IMG/VR virus record: IMGVR_UViG_3300044624_002493
Coordinates: 1-59,778 of that record
Direction: 5' to 3' (one strand)
From: a virus
Taxonomy: Duplodnaviria > Caudoviricetes
DNA: 59,778 nucleotides
This document shows positions 9,127 to 18,080 of the stretch, in pieces. The notes beneath the pieces were generated by a model. That model was not told where the DNA came from. It ran no database searches and saw only the letters and a program-made list of their open reading frames with translations. Made by a program: the position numbers and the translations under genes. Each line of letters starts with the position of its first letter. The stretch's first letter is position 1.

Positions 9127-10031
9127 AATTCTACCAACGTGGCACTGAGATTGATTTCTTGATCTGCTACAAAACTAACGTTGACCAAGCCTTGTCGTAT
9201 TACCAAGATAGCTCGATCCTGTTGTTCATCACTGGATCCCCAAAGATCTAAATTGTCATACATCCAACGGAATACATCTTCCATTTCCTCTGGTCTAACA
9301 CTGGTACACATGAGTTTACGAGCTTCGTTAATTCGACCAGCTTTAAACAAATCCACAGCACTCAACTTCCAATCATGTGCGCTAGCAGAATCTGAACTGG
9401 GTGCTGTCAACTTGCCATCAATAGAATGCATCTGTAAGGTATTCAAACACTTGCGTAAATCTGGATAAGTGGCTCTAACATAGCTGTCCAGGTTGTCAAG
9501 ATCAAACTCTACTTCTTCAGTGACCAACACTGTGGCAACTCTGGCAGTAAACTCTGTAAGATCCACACGTTCGATATGAAACCCTTGACAACGACTATGC
9601 AGTGCCGGAATAACCTTGTTAGGATAATTACAGGTGAGAATGAATCGAGCACTTGCATGATATGTTTCCATAACTCCACGCAATGCTGCCTGTCCGTTGG
9701 GTGTGATATAATCAGCTTCGTCTAACAATACCACTTTAAAGATACCAAACGGCATGGTGGATACAAAATTTGTAATCTTGTCACGAATTGTATCTACACT
9801 ATTTTCACGACTGGCGTTGATTTCCAGTACATCATACTCATTGATACCGAGTGAATTGATTAGGATTTTTGCCAAGGTAGTTTTGCCTACACCCGGTGCA
9901 CCACTGAACAACAGGTGCGGAATAGTTTTACTTTTAATCCATGCCTCAATTTGATCGCGCTGTGTTAGATCTTTAAACACATAGCCATCTAATGTATCAG
10001 GGCGATACTTTTCTGTCCATAACTCTTTCAT
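9111..10031 (-). CDS. Sliding-clamp loader ATPase subunit (T4 gp44 / RFC small subunit-like)
   Basis: WTEKYRP, GAPGVGKTT, EINAS, LLDEAD, SRC motifs. Confidence 0.92.
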   Translation of the reverse strand: MKELWTEKYRPDTLDGYVFKDLTQRDQIEAWIKSKTIPHLLFSGAPGVGKTTLAKILINSLGINEYDVLEINASRENSVDTIRDKITNFVSTMPFGIFKVVLLDEADYITPNGQAALRGVMETYHASARFILTCNYPNKVIPALHSRCQGFHIERVDLTEFTARVATVLVTEEVEFDLDNLDSYVRATYPDLRKCLNTLQMHSIDGKLTAPSSDSASAHDWKLSAVDLFKAGRINEARKLMCTSVRPEEMEDVFRWMYDNLDLWGSSDEQQDRAILVIRQGLVNVSFVADQEINLSATLVELCQIN

Positions 10032-10396
10032 TCTTGTTCCTTGTAGATAAATGGTACTAGATCGGGTGGTGTCCAGCCGTCGGGTTTTAATACCTTGCCA
10101 TCTTCACGTTTGCAAACCTTGCCTGTGACTGGATCAATCTTGGCAAAGTTAGTGCGCATGACTTCTTGCCAGGCCGATTCTCCATTGGCACCTAGACTGT
10201 TAATGGCGCCAATAGTCACAACTAAAATATCAATAAGTGCATCAAGATCATCAACCTTGGTTGAACTTTCTACTAGTTCGTTAAATTCTTCTTTGATTAA
10301 ATTGCAGTACAGTTGATATTGGTCACGATTAAACTCGCCTACTGTTTGATCGCAAGCTCTCATAAATTTTTCTTGGTCAAGAAATGGATTGGTCAT
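10028..10396 (-). CDS. MazG-like / PRA-PH nucleoside triphosphate pyrophosphohydrolase
   Basis: LIKEEFNEL, DALIDILVV, EVMRTNFAK, REDGKVLKP. Confidence 0.85.
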   Translation of the reverse strand: MTNPFLDQEKFMRACDQTVGEFNRDQYQLYCNLIKEEFNELVESSTKVDDLDALIDILVVTIGAINSLGANGESAWQEVMRTNFAKIDPVTGKVCKREDGKVLKPDGWTPPDLVPFIYKEQE

Positions 10397-10575
10397 TTTG
10401 TTCCTGTTGTTATATTTGAAGCAAATTTCATTGCCGGTCTACGGCGAGGTCGGTTCTCGGGGCATTTTAACGCCTCAATTAACTTTTCTTGTTCTTGTAT
10501 TTTACGCTGATCAGCTTGCTGTTGTCTACTCTTTTGGAGTATTGTCAACGGGTTTGTGATCTTTGGGATCTTCAT
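10393..10575 (-). CDS. Small hypothetical protein
   Basis: ORF ends in an ATGA overlap with the MazG start; start uncertain; overlaps the next small gene. Confidence 0.35.
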   Translation of the reverse strand: MKIPKITNPLTILQKSRQQQADQRKIQEQEKLIEALKCPENRPRRRPAMKFASNITTGTK

Positions 10576-10699
10576 CTGTTTTGTTATGTTTGGGATGTTT
10601 TGAACCAAATATAGTTTCCCAATTTGATTCTACTTGATTGTTAGGAGCAAGTTGTGGTCTGCGCCCGTAACCTTTACCACCATCACCGCTTAATGCCAT
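10526..10699 (-). CDS. Small hypothetical protein (57 aa)
   Basis: Manual translation MALSGDGGKGYGRRPQ...NWETIFGSK; TAATG-coupled; below the ORF track cutoff. Confidence 0.55.
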   Translation of the reverse strand: MALSGDGGKGYGRRPQLAPNNQVESNWETIFGSKHPKHNKTDEDPKDHKPVDNTPKE

Positions 10700-10878
10700 T
10701 ATACCAACTCTTCCCAGATACCTAATAATTCAGCAAACACTAGTAGGTATCCTGCTGATTGAATGTAGGGATTCATTTCTAACCAACCTCCACCAGCAAG
10801 TGCTAGTCCTGCCAAGATTCTAAGTCCGCTTTTTACTAGACTTATGTTTCTGTGTTTGACTGGATCTGGGTGTTTCAT
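10699..10878 (-). CDS. Small membrane protein (59 aa)
   Basis: Manual translation MKHPDPVKHRNISLVKSGLRILAG...AELLGIWEELV; TAATG coupling at both ends. Confidence 0.65.
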   Translation of the reverse strand: MKHPDPVKHRNISLVKSGLRILAGLALAGGGWLEMNPYIQSAGYLLVFAELLGIWEELV

Positions 10879-11060
10879 TATTTTCCTTTAAAAAATTTAA
10901 GTAAGTTTGATAATCTAATTTTATACGCTTTAGGAACCAGTTGATCGATCAGGCTAGGATTATGCGGGCAACGTCCTTGTTTCCAATCACAATTGGGTTT
11001 GGGAATTTGCCGACAAATACTACATTTAGGCGGACGCTTTGTTTTTACAATATTAGTCAT
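10878..11060 (-). CDS. Small Cys-rich protein
   Basis: CSIC...CDWKQGRCPH, a possible Zn-binding motif. Confidence 0.55.
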   Translation of the reverse strand: MTNIVKTKRPPKCSICRQIPKPNCDWKQGRCPHNPSLIDQLVPKAYKIRLSNLLKFFKGK

Positions 11061-11454
11061 GTAACATATCACTGGGTTTTTTATCAATGTGAATTGCTGT
11101 GCTAAATGTATCGTCCTGAGGTTCCGAGTCTGAAATCAATAAAATATCGTTTGGATCAATTTTTCTTACTGTGCGTTTACCAGTTTCGTCCTCGATGTCC
11201 AAACCTCTGGTCCAACGTCCGTGAGCGACCATAACCCATTGCCCTACTTGTACATCTGTTTGATCCTTGCCAATGGCATACACACGACCCCACCGTGGAC
11301 GAATGCCCAAGCTAGTTCCATTGTCATTGGGCAGAATAATTCCTCCACGACTGATGCGTTGATCAAACACCATGTCTGTTACTATGATATCTTTTTTTAG
11401 TGCTTTGAATTGACAATGATCAACTCGATGAGGAGCATATGCTGCCTTACTCAT
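11053..11454 (-). CDS. GroES-like co-chaperonin
   Basis: GGIILP mobile loop, GRVYAIG, VQVGQWV, DIL; start placed at MSKAAY. Confidence 0.8.
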   Translation of the reverse strand: MSKAAYAPHRVDHCQFKALKKDIIVTDMVFDQRISRGGIILPNDNGTSLGIRPRWGRVYAIGKDQTDVQVGQWVMVAHGRWTRGLDIEDETGKRTVRKIDPNDILLISDSEPQDDTFSTAIHIDKKPSDMLHD

Positions 11455-11848
11455 TGTTGTCCTTTTGCTTATTGGCTCGTGCCAAGGCACCTGCCAGTCC
11501 ACTAGTGGTTGGATCTACTGCTGTTGGAGCTGCCACTATTTGGTTGGGAACTTGATCTAATTCATTGAGAAATACTTGTTCATCAACTACCTTGGTGGTA
11601 GGTTTGGCTTGTTGTGCTGCACGTGAACTACGATGTACCGGAAGATCTTGTACATTAGTTTTGCTTTGAGTATTTTGTCGCTGAATCTGTTTATTTTTTC
11701 CTTCGATTACACGATCTGCACTGTCCAAAATATCTCCACGAGCATTCACACCCATGTTGCCTACAGCACGAACGTTTTCGTTTTGTAAGATCAATGCACC
11801 CATGTCGATGGTCTTGCCCATTGCTGTTTTCATAATTTTCTTAGTCAT
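11447..11848 (-). CDS. Hypothetical protein
   Basis: 133 aa ORF with AAGGA SD and upstream TAAATA. Confidence 0.7.
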   Translation of the reverse strand: MTKKIMKTAMGKTIDMGALILQNENVRAVGNMGVNARGDILDSADRVIEGKNKQIQRQNTQSKTNVQDLPVHRSSRAAQQAKPTTKVVDEQVFLNELDQVPNQIVAAPTAVDPTTSGLAGALARANKQKDNNE

Positions 11849-11875
11849 AATATGCTTCCTTCTTTATATAGGTAT

Positions 11876-12388
11876 TTAACGCAAAAACTCCGAGGGGTCT
11901 AAATCATAGTACATGCTGTCAATACGATGCACTCCTAATTTATATAATACGTAACTGGCCACACTACTCCCGCGGCCTACTCCCCAGATGATCTGATTTT
12001 GTTGCATGACATCGACTAGATATCGAAGATATTGTAACAAATCAAACAAATCTCGTTCTTGATACATTAACAATTCTGCGCCGCATCTTTGCAATTCGTC
12101 TTGACTGGTACACAAATTTAAAATATGCTCGGCTATGTCAACATTTTTATATTCTTTGGGCATGTGCCAATTTGATTGTTGCTTTGCATGAAATTCAGAC
12201 ACAGTTGCGCTATGTTCTTGTTCACACACAAATTCTGGCACAGGATCCAATATGTCTAACAATCGGGCTAAATCCACGGTGTTGTCAACAATTAAATTTT
12301 TTAAATCAACTGTGCTTTGTCCTTGCATGAGCAAATCGCACACATCTGATTCAGAATATACTAATTCACCAAATTTATTTTGTATCAT
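11876..12388 (-). CDS. Stand-alone fragment of DNA polymerase III alpha (DnaE) palm N-terminal part
   Basis: WGVGRGSSVASYVLYKLGVHRID...LDPSEFLR matches the DnaE GRGS motif, but the ORF ends before PDIDxD. Confidence 0.75.
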   Translation of the reverse strand: MIQNKFGELVYSESDVCDLLMQGQSTVDLKNLIVDNTVDLARLLDILDPVPEFVCEQEHSATVSEFHAKQQSNWHMPKEYKNVDIAEHILNLCTSQDELQRCGAELLMYQERDLFDLLQYLRYLVDVMQQNQIIWGVGRGSSVASYVLYKLGVHRIDSMYYDLDPSEFLR

Positions 12389-12977
12389 CTTTTCCAAATT
12401 CTGCAAACACCACAGTATTATCTTCGGCCGATGCGGTGAGCTCTGGCCAATCTAATTCGAGCTCTCGCCAAGCGTTGATATTATTCATAGCAACCACTTT
12501 ATCATTGTTGGATTCTAAAGTAGATCTTGATGGCAAATCAACATTGTGCCACCACCCGGCGTCTTCAAACGGGCCCAAATTTTCATCTGCGGCATGTAGA
12601 TAAATCATACGTTCACCGAGGTCACTGCTGATTTCAATTTCGTTTATGATCATGCGCCCTTCCATGATGGCATTGAGCTTACAGTATAACATAATACCCA
12701 ACAGTTGATCAACTGGTTCGGCTGGCAACATCAACGTTTTGATGCCAGCTTGTTGATATTTTTCCAAAGCCAATTCATTGTTTTGGTTAATAAAAACACT
12801 GTGATTGAGCTGACTATAAATGTAATACTTTAATCGTTCAAAGGCAATGTTTTGGCTGACACTGTCAGAACAATTGGTCATCATGTACAACCTAATTGTA
12901 TAATTGTTCATGAGCATGGAGTTGTCCCAATGAACACCGCTGATAAATTCACTGCTATATTCTAATCTTACGTTCAT
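12375..12977 (-). CDS. Hypothetical protein
   Basis: 200 aa ORF coupled to its neighbours. Confidence 0.7.
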   Translation of the reverse strand: MNVRLEYSSEFISGVHWDNSMLMNNYTIRLYMMTNCSDSVSQNIAFERLKYYIYSQLNHSVFINQNNELALEKYQQAGIKTLMLPAEPVDQLLGIMLYCKLNAIMEGRMIINEIEISSDLGERMIYLHAADENLGPFEDAGWWHNVDLPSRSTLESNNDKVVAMNNINAWRELELDWPELTASAEDNTVVFAEFGKDDTK

Positions 12978-13192
12978 GAGATGTCTATTACGTCGTCAAA
13001 CGGAGTAGGCCCTTTGCGTGTTTTTTGATCGTACATGGCTTGATAGCTTTCCAGAGCCATGCGTATTTGATCACACACATACCCATTACCGCTACGATAA
13101 GCTATGGTTAATTTTTTATGGAGTTCAGAAATCTTGGTGTTGAGTTCATCAACCGAAAGATGTTCTAAATTTGTTATCAATGGATGTTCCAT
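12974..13192 (-). CDS. Hypothetical protein
   Basis: 72 aa ORF; TTGACA-N17-TAAACT promoter (13199-13227) ends 6 nt before the ATG. Confidence 0.65.
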   Translation of the reverse strand: MEHPLITNLEHLSVDELNTKISELHKKLTIAYRSGNGYVCDQIRMALESYQAMYDQKTRKGPTPFDDVIDIS

Positions 13193-13234
13193 TGCTACAG
13201 TTTACAACAAAGTTCAGCTAATGTCAACTACCTG

Positions 13235-14140
13235 TTAGCCCAAAACTGGGTAGGTATTGTTGGCGTCAGGACCTGTGGCAATGACATACCATTTGGAAGC
13301 AACATACATGACGATAGTACTTTGTCCTCGACTGTTGCCATTAAAAGTAATTGTTCCTGTGCCTGATGCTTTCCATCCTGCATTGGTTACAGTTACAGTC
13401 ATGTTACCAGCAACGACATTTTGTGCAACCAATACTTTGACTTGACCTTCAACACCAGCAGCCAAGGTAGCTGTTTCAGATCCACCAGTGGTAAAGTAGC
13501 TGGTTGTAGTGGCTAGACTAACAGCAGCGGTACTGGCCAGATCTTCTGAGCTGTTGTTGAACGGTTGCATTTTTTCATTGGTCTGATTGACAGCAATGGT
13601 TGTTCCGCCGTCACTGGTAGTAAACACAAAACTATAAACACCAGTGGATGCAAATGTAATTACGTTGTTGGTCAATCCTGGAATACCTACAGCATTAACA
13701 CTTACTGCTACAGGCAAAGTTAATGTGTGTGCTACGTTGCTGACAGTAACTACCACAGATACTACACCGGCAGAACCCGATGGGGGGAAATTTGTAAATG
13801 CCAAGCTGATGGCACCATTGGTAGTTACAGTTTGAACACTGCCTGCGGCATAGTTAATTGTTACAGAACCGCTGAGTGTTCCTAGTGCAACTCTGGTTTC
13901 GCTAACATCTTGAAGTTGTACATTGCTTAACACACTGCCTAGCATGTTGTTGTTAAGAGTGCCGCCAGTTAGTGCGGCTTTGAGAACAGCTTTGTTTTGC
14001 AGATCTGTAATTTCTTCTGCGGCGTATTCAAAGTTGGTTTTCGTGTTGGTAAAATTATCACGAAATCCTTGTGAATTGTTATCTTGTCCGGCTACTGGGT
14101 AAGCACCGTCGATGTTGTTTGGGTTAATTGCACTGGTCAT
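13235..14140 (-). CDS. Putative virion structural protein
   Basis: T/S/N/G-rich beta composition; N-terminal AGQDNNSQGFRDNF; upstream TAAATA. Confidence 0.65.
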   Translation of the reverse strand: MTSAINPNNIDGAYPVAGQDNNSQGFRDNFTNTKTNFEYAAEEITDLQNKAVLKAALTGGTLNNNMLGSVLSNVQLQDVSETRVALGTLSGSVTINYAAGSVQTVTTNGAISLAFTNFPPSGSAGVVSVVVTVSNVAHTLTLPVAVSVNAVGIPGLTNNVITFASTGVYSFVFTTSDGGTTIAVNQTNEKMQPFNNSSEDLASTAAVSLATTTSYFTTGGSETATLAAGVEGQVKVLVAQNVVAGNMTVTVTNAGWKASGTGTITFNGNSRGQSTIVMYVASKWYVIATGPDANNTYPVLG

Positions 14141-14222
14141 AAGTTGTCCTAATTTTTACCAAGATATTTATGGTGTTTAACCATAGATATTAAGATTTTT
14201 TACTTCTTTATATTTACCGAAA

Positions 14223-15443
14223 TTATGGAGTTCCGGTTACTTGAGTAAGTTGCACTGGATATACGTATACTCCTGTGATTTTTGTTATGGCAAAACTTTC
14301 GCCCCATCCTGCTGCCAATGAGCCTCGATCAGCAGACTGCCACTCAGTAAGTACTCCTACTTGTACAGGGCTGTTAGTGGTAACCAACGAGTTAGTGCCC
14401 AATTGTCCATTGCTATTGCTGCCCCAGGCCCATAATGTTCCATCAGTTTTAACAGCCAACATATGATAACGCCCGCAACAGATCTGAGCCCAGTTGTTTT
14501 GGGCACCAACTTGTACAGGACTAGTAAGTACACCAACACCGGCTCCTTGTCCCAGCATATTGCTGCCGGGTCCCCAGGTCCACAAAGTGCCGTCGGTTTT
14601 GATAGCAGCTGTGACCATAGTATCTTGAGTGGATACCGCTACTTTGTCCCAGTTGGTTTGTAAACCAATTTGTACTGGACTAGATCGATTTATAAGATCG
14701 CCTTGTGCTAATTGTCCTTGAGTGTTTCGACCCCAGCCCCACAAGGTACCGTCGGTTTTAACAGCCATGGCTCCTTGGCCATCGCAAGCGGCAACCTGAG
14801 ACCAATTGTTTAACGACCCAACCTGTACTGGGCTACTGCGTTGAGCAAGGGAACCTGCGGTGTTTTGACCCAGTTGTCCGTTAAAATTATTACCCCAAGA
14901 CCATAGTGTGCCATCGGCCTTGACCGCAAAAGTCGATCGTCCGGCAGTGCCTTCAATCTGTGCCCAGTTGGTTTGTGTGCCAACTTGTTTTGGTGAGGCA
15001 TAGTCAGATTGATTATTAAGACCCAGTTGTCCATTGGCACCCCCGCCCCAGGCCCAAAGTGTGCCATTGGTTTTGATTGCAAAACCACAGTTATTTCCCA
15101 TGGATATTTTACTCCAGGTGGCCAATGTACCAACCTGTACAGGGGACGAGCAGTTGTTACCAGAATAACTACCTTGTCCGAGTGCTCCACTGGCATTGTT
15201 ACCCCAAGTCCATAAGGTGCCGTCGTTGGCAACAGCGCCAGAGAATAAACTTTGCCCATTTTTGCCACTGGCTACTTGTGTCCATGCTCCGCTACCTACT
15301 TGTGTTGGCTCGGAGCGACTTACTAGATCACCTAGTCCTAATTGACCATAAATTCCGTTATAACCCCAGGCATATAATTTTCCAACTGTTGTACTGGTAG
15401 AAACCGTTACGCCGCCGTTGAATGTAACTCCTATTATGTCCAT
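14223..15443 (-). CDS. RCC1/BLIP-II repeat beta-propeller protein
   Basis: Seven repeats of KxDGTLWxWGxNxxGQLG...SSPVQVG..xW. Confidence 0.9.
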   Translation of the reverse strand: MDIIGVTFNGGVTVSTSTTVGKLYAWGYNGIYGQLGLGDLVSRSEPTQVGSGAWTQVASGKNGQSLFSGAVANDGTLWTWGNNASGALGQGSYSGNNCSSPVQVGTLATWSKISMGNNCGFAIKTNGTLWAWGGGANGQLGLNNQSDYASPKQVGTQTNWAQIEGTAGRSTFAVKADGTLWSWGNNFNGQLGQNTAGSLAQRSSPVQVGSLNNWSQVAACDGQGAMAVKTDGTLWGWGRNTQGQLAQGDLINRSSPVQIGLQTNWDKVAVSTQDTMVTAAIKTDGTLWTWGPGSNMLGQGAGVGVLTSPVQVGAQNNWAQICCGRYHMLAVKTDGTLWAWGSNSNGQLGTNSLVTTNSPVQVGVLTEWQSADRGSLAAGWGESFAITKITGVYVYPVQLTQVTGTP

Positions 15444-15458
15444 TGTTATTTTTTAATG

Positions 15459-18077
15459 TTAAACTGCAGAATTGTCACTTACATAACTCCAGCGGCTGTT
15501 TGTGGTGTCCCAAAATGCTAATCTTCCGCCCGATGTTGGGCTGTTAGAAACTGATGCAATTGCACCTGTGGAACCAGTGATAGCGGTCAATGCACTGGCC
15601 GTGAACACAGATACTGTAAAAATAGCTGGATTAACAATTATAACATTGCCATATGCATTATAATTGCTCGAAGTGGACAAAGTGGTAAATCCTCCAGTGC
15701 CTGGAAAACTAAAACCAATGTTAAAACGTTCAATGTTAGAGGTACCGACACCACTACCTTCAATGTTGCCTGTGGTTGATATGTATCCTGTTCGAACATT
15801 ACCACTAACAACATTGCCAGTGGTGCTTATTAGTCCAGTGCTTGTAAATCCGCCACCTGTAATTGTGCCAGATGCAGAGAATACATTTGCCGTAACAACA
15901 TTGGCGCCGGTGATGTCGCCACCTACTCCGCCAGCGATGACCAAACTGTTTGCAGTCAACACATTGCCAGCAGCACTGATAAATCCAATAGAAGTAATAT
16001 TGCCGGTCATTGACAAATTACCAGCTTGGAATGTGCCAATGTTTGAAACACTGTAACCCATGCCATCCATGTTGGCAGTCAGCACCCCGGTGAATGCACC
16101 AGTGGCACCTGTTGATCCTGTTAATCCAGAGGCACCGGTTGCACCTATGGTTCCTTGTATACCACTTGCTCCAGTAGCACCTATGGTTCCTTGTGGTCCA
16201 GTACTACCAGTTAAACCAGTAGCTCCATCAAATCCAGTGGCTCCAATGCCAGTTGCGCCAGTCAATCCAGTTGCACCGGACCCAGTGGCTCCGGTCAGTC
16301 CGCTAGCTCCTTGCAAGCCCGCAATGGAAAAGTTCCAACTGTTGCCGGTATATCCATTGCCCGCAGTGCTTACAATATCTGCGTCAATCCAAAAATCAGT
16401 GCCCGATGCCAATACCAATTGACCTTCTGCCCAATAGACGTAGGTGCCGCTGTCAATTACTCTTACGCGATCACCTACAATATATGCAGTGTTAGCAGTA
16501 TTGACATTGGTAACAAATGCAAGTGTCGCTGGTGCTGATAGTGTTTTTGTTGTTGAACTTGTTAATCCGGCATATCCTGGTCCAGTAATGGCTTGTCCTG
16601 TAGCTCCAGTCAATCCAGTGGCACCCTGCAATCCAACTACACTGAACTTCCAATCATCATAATAACCAGAGCCACTGATTAGTTGCGGATCTATCACTAG
16701 GGTGGTTCCGCTGATTGATTGAATAATACCATCTATGAAAGCATCTTCGTCGAGTGTGGCACTGGCACGAATTCGCATGTTGGTGAAGTACGCACTTAAA
16801 TTGGTATTAAATGTTGTGGTAAATGTTCTATTAGAAGCCAGGGTTATTTCTACATTTGATAAACTGTTGAGCGCATATCCTAGGCCTGTGGCACCAGACA
16901 GTCCACTGGCACCTGTGGCGCCTTGGTTACCCTGTAGTGTAAAATTCCATGGACCTGGTTGCGACCCTGATCCTGACAAGGTATCAACTATCAATGTCAA
17001 ACTGGTGCCGCTGAAACTGGAGATTATACCTTCTAAAAATATGGTTGGTCCAACACCTTGCAGAGCTCGAACTCGTACACCACCGGTATAAGCAGACTGG
17101 GTGGATGCAGTCAAATTGGTAGTAAAGGTCACTAGGCCTAGGTTCATAGCCACAGTGGTGGATGATTGTAAAGTGTATCCGGGTCCAGTGGCCCCAGTTA
17201 ACCCTGTGGCTCCTGTTAAACCACTTGCTCCTGTGGCACCAATCAGTCCAGGATCACCTTGTGGTCCTTGAATACCGTCTGGTCCGGTGGCGCCCCGTAG
17301 GCCAATAATACCACTTGCACCTGTAGCACCAATTCCGGTGGCGCCTTGTAAACCAGTGGCACCAACAAAGCCTGTTAGACCAGGAGTACCGGTTGCACCC
17401 TGAAATCCAGTGGTGCCTTGTAAGCCAGTAGCTCCAGTTAGTCCACTTGCTCCGGTGGCGCCTGGACTCACTCCGGTGAGTAAACTACCGTTACCAATAA
17501 AATATGGAGCAGTTACATTGCCAGCAACACTGAGATTTGCTAGCGTACCAACGGTGGTCAAACTACTAAACAACACATTACTGCTTAAGGTGTTTCCGGT
17601 TATGTTTGAAGCATTACTGCTGGTCACAATACCAGTTAACAAACTACCGTTACCAAGAACATAGTTGCCGGTCACATTGCCAGTCACGTTGACATTGCCT
17701 GTGACACTGAGATTTGCCAAGTTTCCAACGGTGGTCAAACTACTGAATAGCACATTGCTGCTCAATGTGTTACCAATCAACAAACTAGCAGCCGATTGAC
17801 TTTGTAGGCCGGTTAATAAACTACCATTGCCCAAGAAAAATTCGCTGGTGCTTACGTTGCCAGAAACTGATACTGATGTCAGCGTACCTACCGAAGTTAT
17901 TGATGGTTGAGCATTGTTTGTAACTGTTGCAGCAGTCTGCGCTGTGATTGCAGTTGTAGCAGTACCAGCAGCATTAGCATAAGGTGGTACAGCACTGGAT
18001 AAAGTTGAAAAGTTAGCATCCAGCTCACTTAGCGGAATGTTACCTGATTGATTGGCAAACGTATATGGTACTGACAT
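15459..18077 (-). CDS. Collagen-like tail fiber protein
   Basis: Interrupted G-X-Y (GATG) tracts and GNGSLLTG repeats. Confidence 0.8.
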   Translation of the reverse strand: MSVPYTFANQSGNIPLSELDANFSTLSSAVPPYANAAGTATTAITAQTAATVTNNAQPSITSVGTLTSVSVSGNVSTSEFFLGNGSLLTGLQSQSAASLLIGNTLSSNVLFSSLTTVGNLANLSVTGNVNVTGNVTGNYVLGNGSLLTGIVTSSNASNITGNTLSSNVLFSSLTTVGTLANLSVAGNVTAPYFIGNGSLLTGVSPGATGASGLTGATGLQGTTGFQGATGTPGLTGFVGATGLQGATGIGATGASGIIGLRGATGPDGIQGPQGDPGLIGATGASGLTGATGLTGATGPGYTLQSSTTVAMNLGLVTFTTNLTASTQSAYTGGVRVRALQGVGPTIFLEGIISSFSGTSLTLIVDTLSGSGSQPGPWNFTLQGNQGATGASGLSGATGLGYALNSLSNVEITLASNRTFTTTFNTNLSAYFTNMRIRASATLDEDAFIDGIIQSISGTTLVIDPQLISGSGYYDDWKFSVVGLQGATGLTGATGQAITGPGYAGLTSSTTKTLSAPATLAFVTNVNTANTAYIVGDRVRVIDSGTYVYWAEGQLVLASGTDFWIDADIVSTAGNGYTGNSWNFSIAGLQGASGLTGATGSGATGLTGATGIGATGFDGATGLTGSTGPQGTIGATGASGIQGTIGATGASGLTGSTGATGAFTGVLTANMDGMGYSVSNIGTFQAGNLSMTGNITSIGFISAAGNVLTANSLVIAGGVGGDITGANVVTANVFSASGTITGGGFTSTGLISTTGNVVSGNVRTGYISTTGNIEGSGVGTSNIERFNIGFSFPGTGGFTTLSTSSNYNAYGNVIIVNPAIFTVSVFTASALTAITGSTGAIASVSNSPTSGGRLAFWDTTNSRWSYVSDNSAV

Positions 18078-18080
18078 TGG

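Noticed and set aside
11876-12388. Split-intein DnaE as in cyanobacteria
   Set aside because: The ORF ends directly after EFLR with no intein N-terminal (C-L/I...) block.
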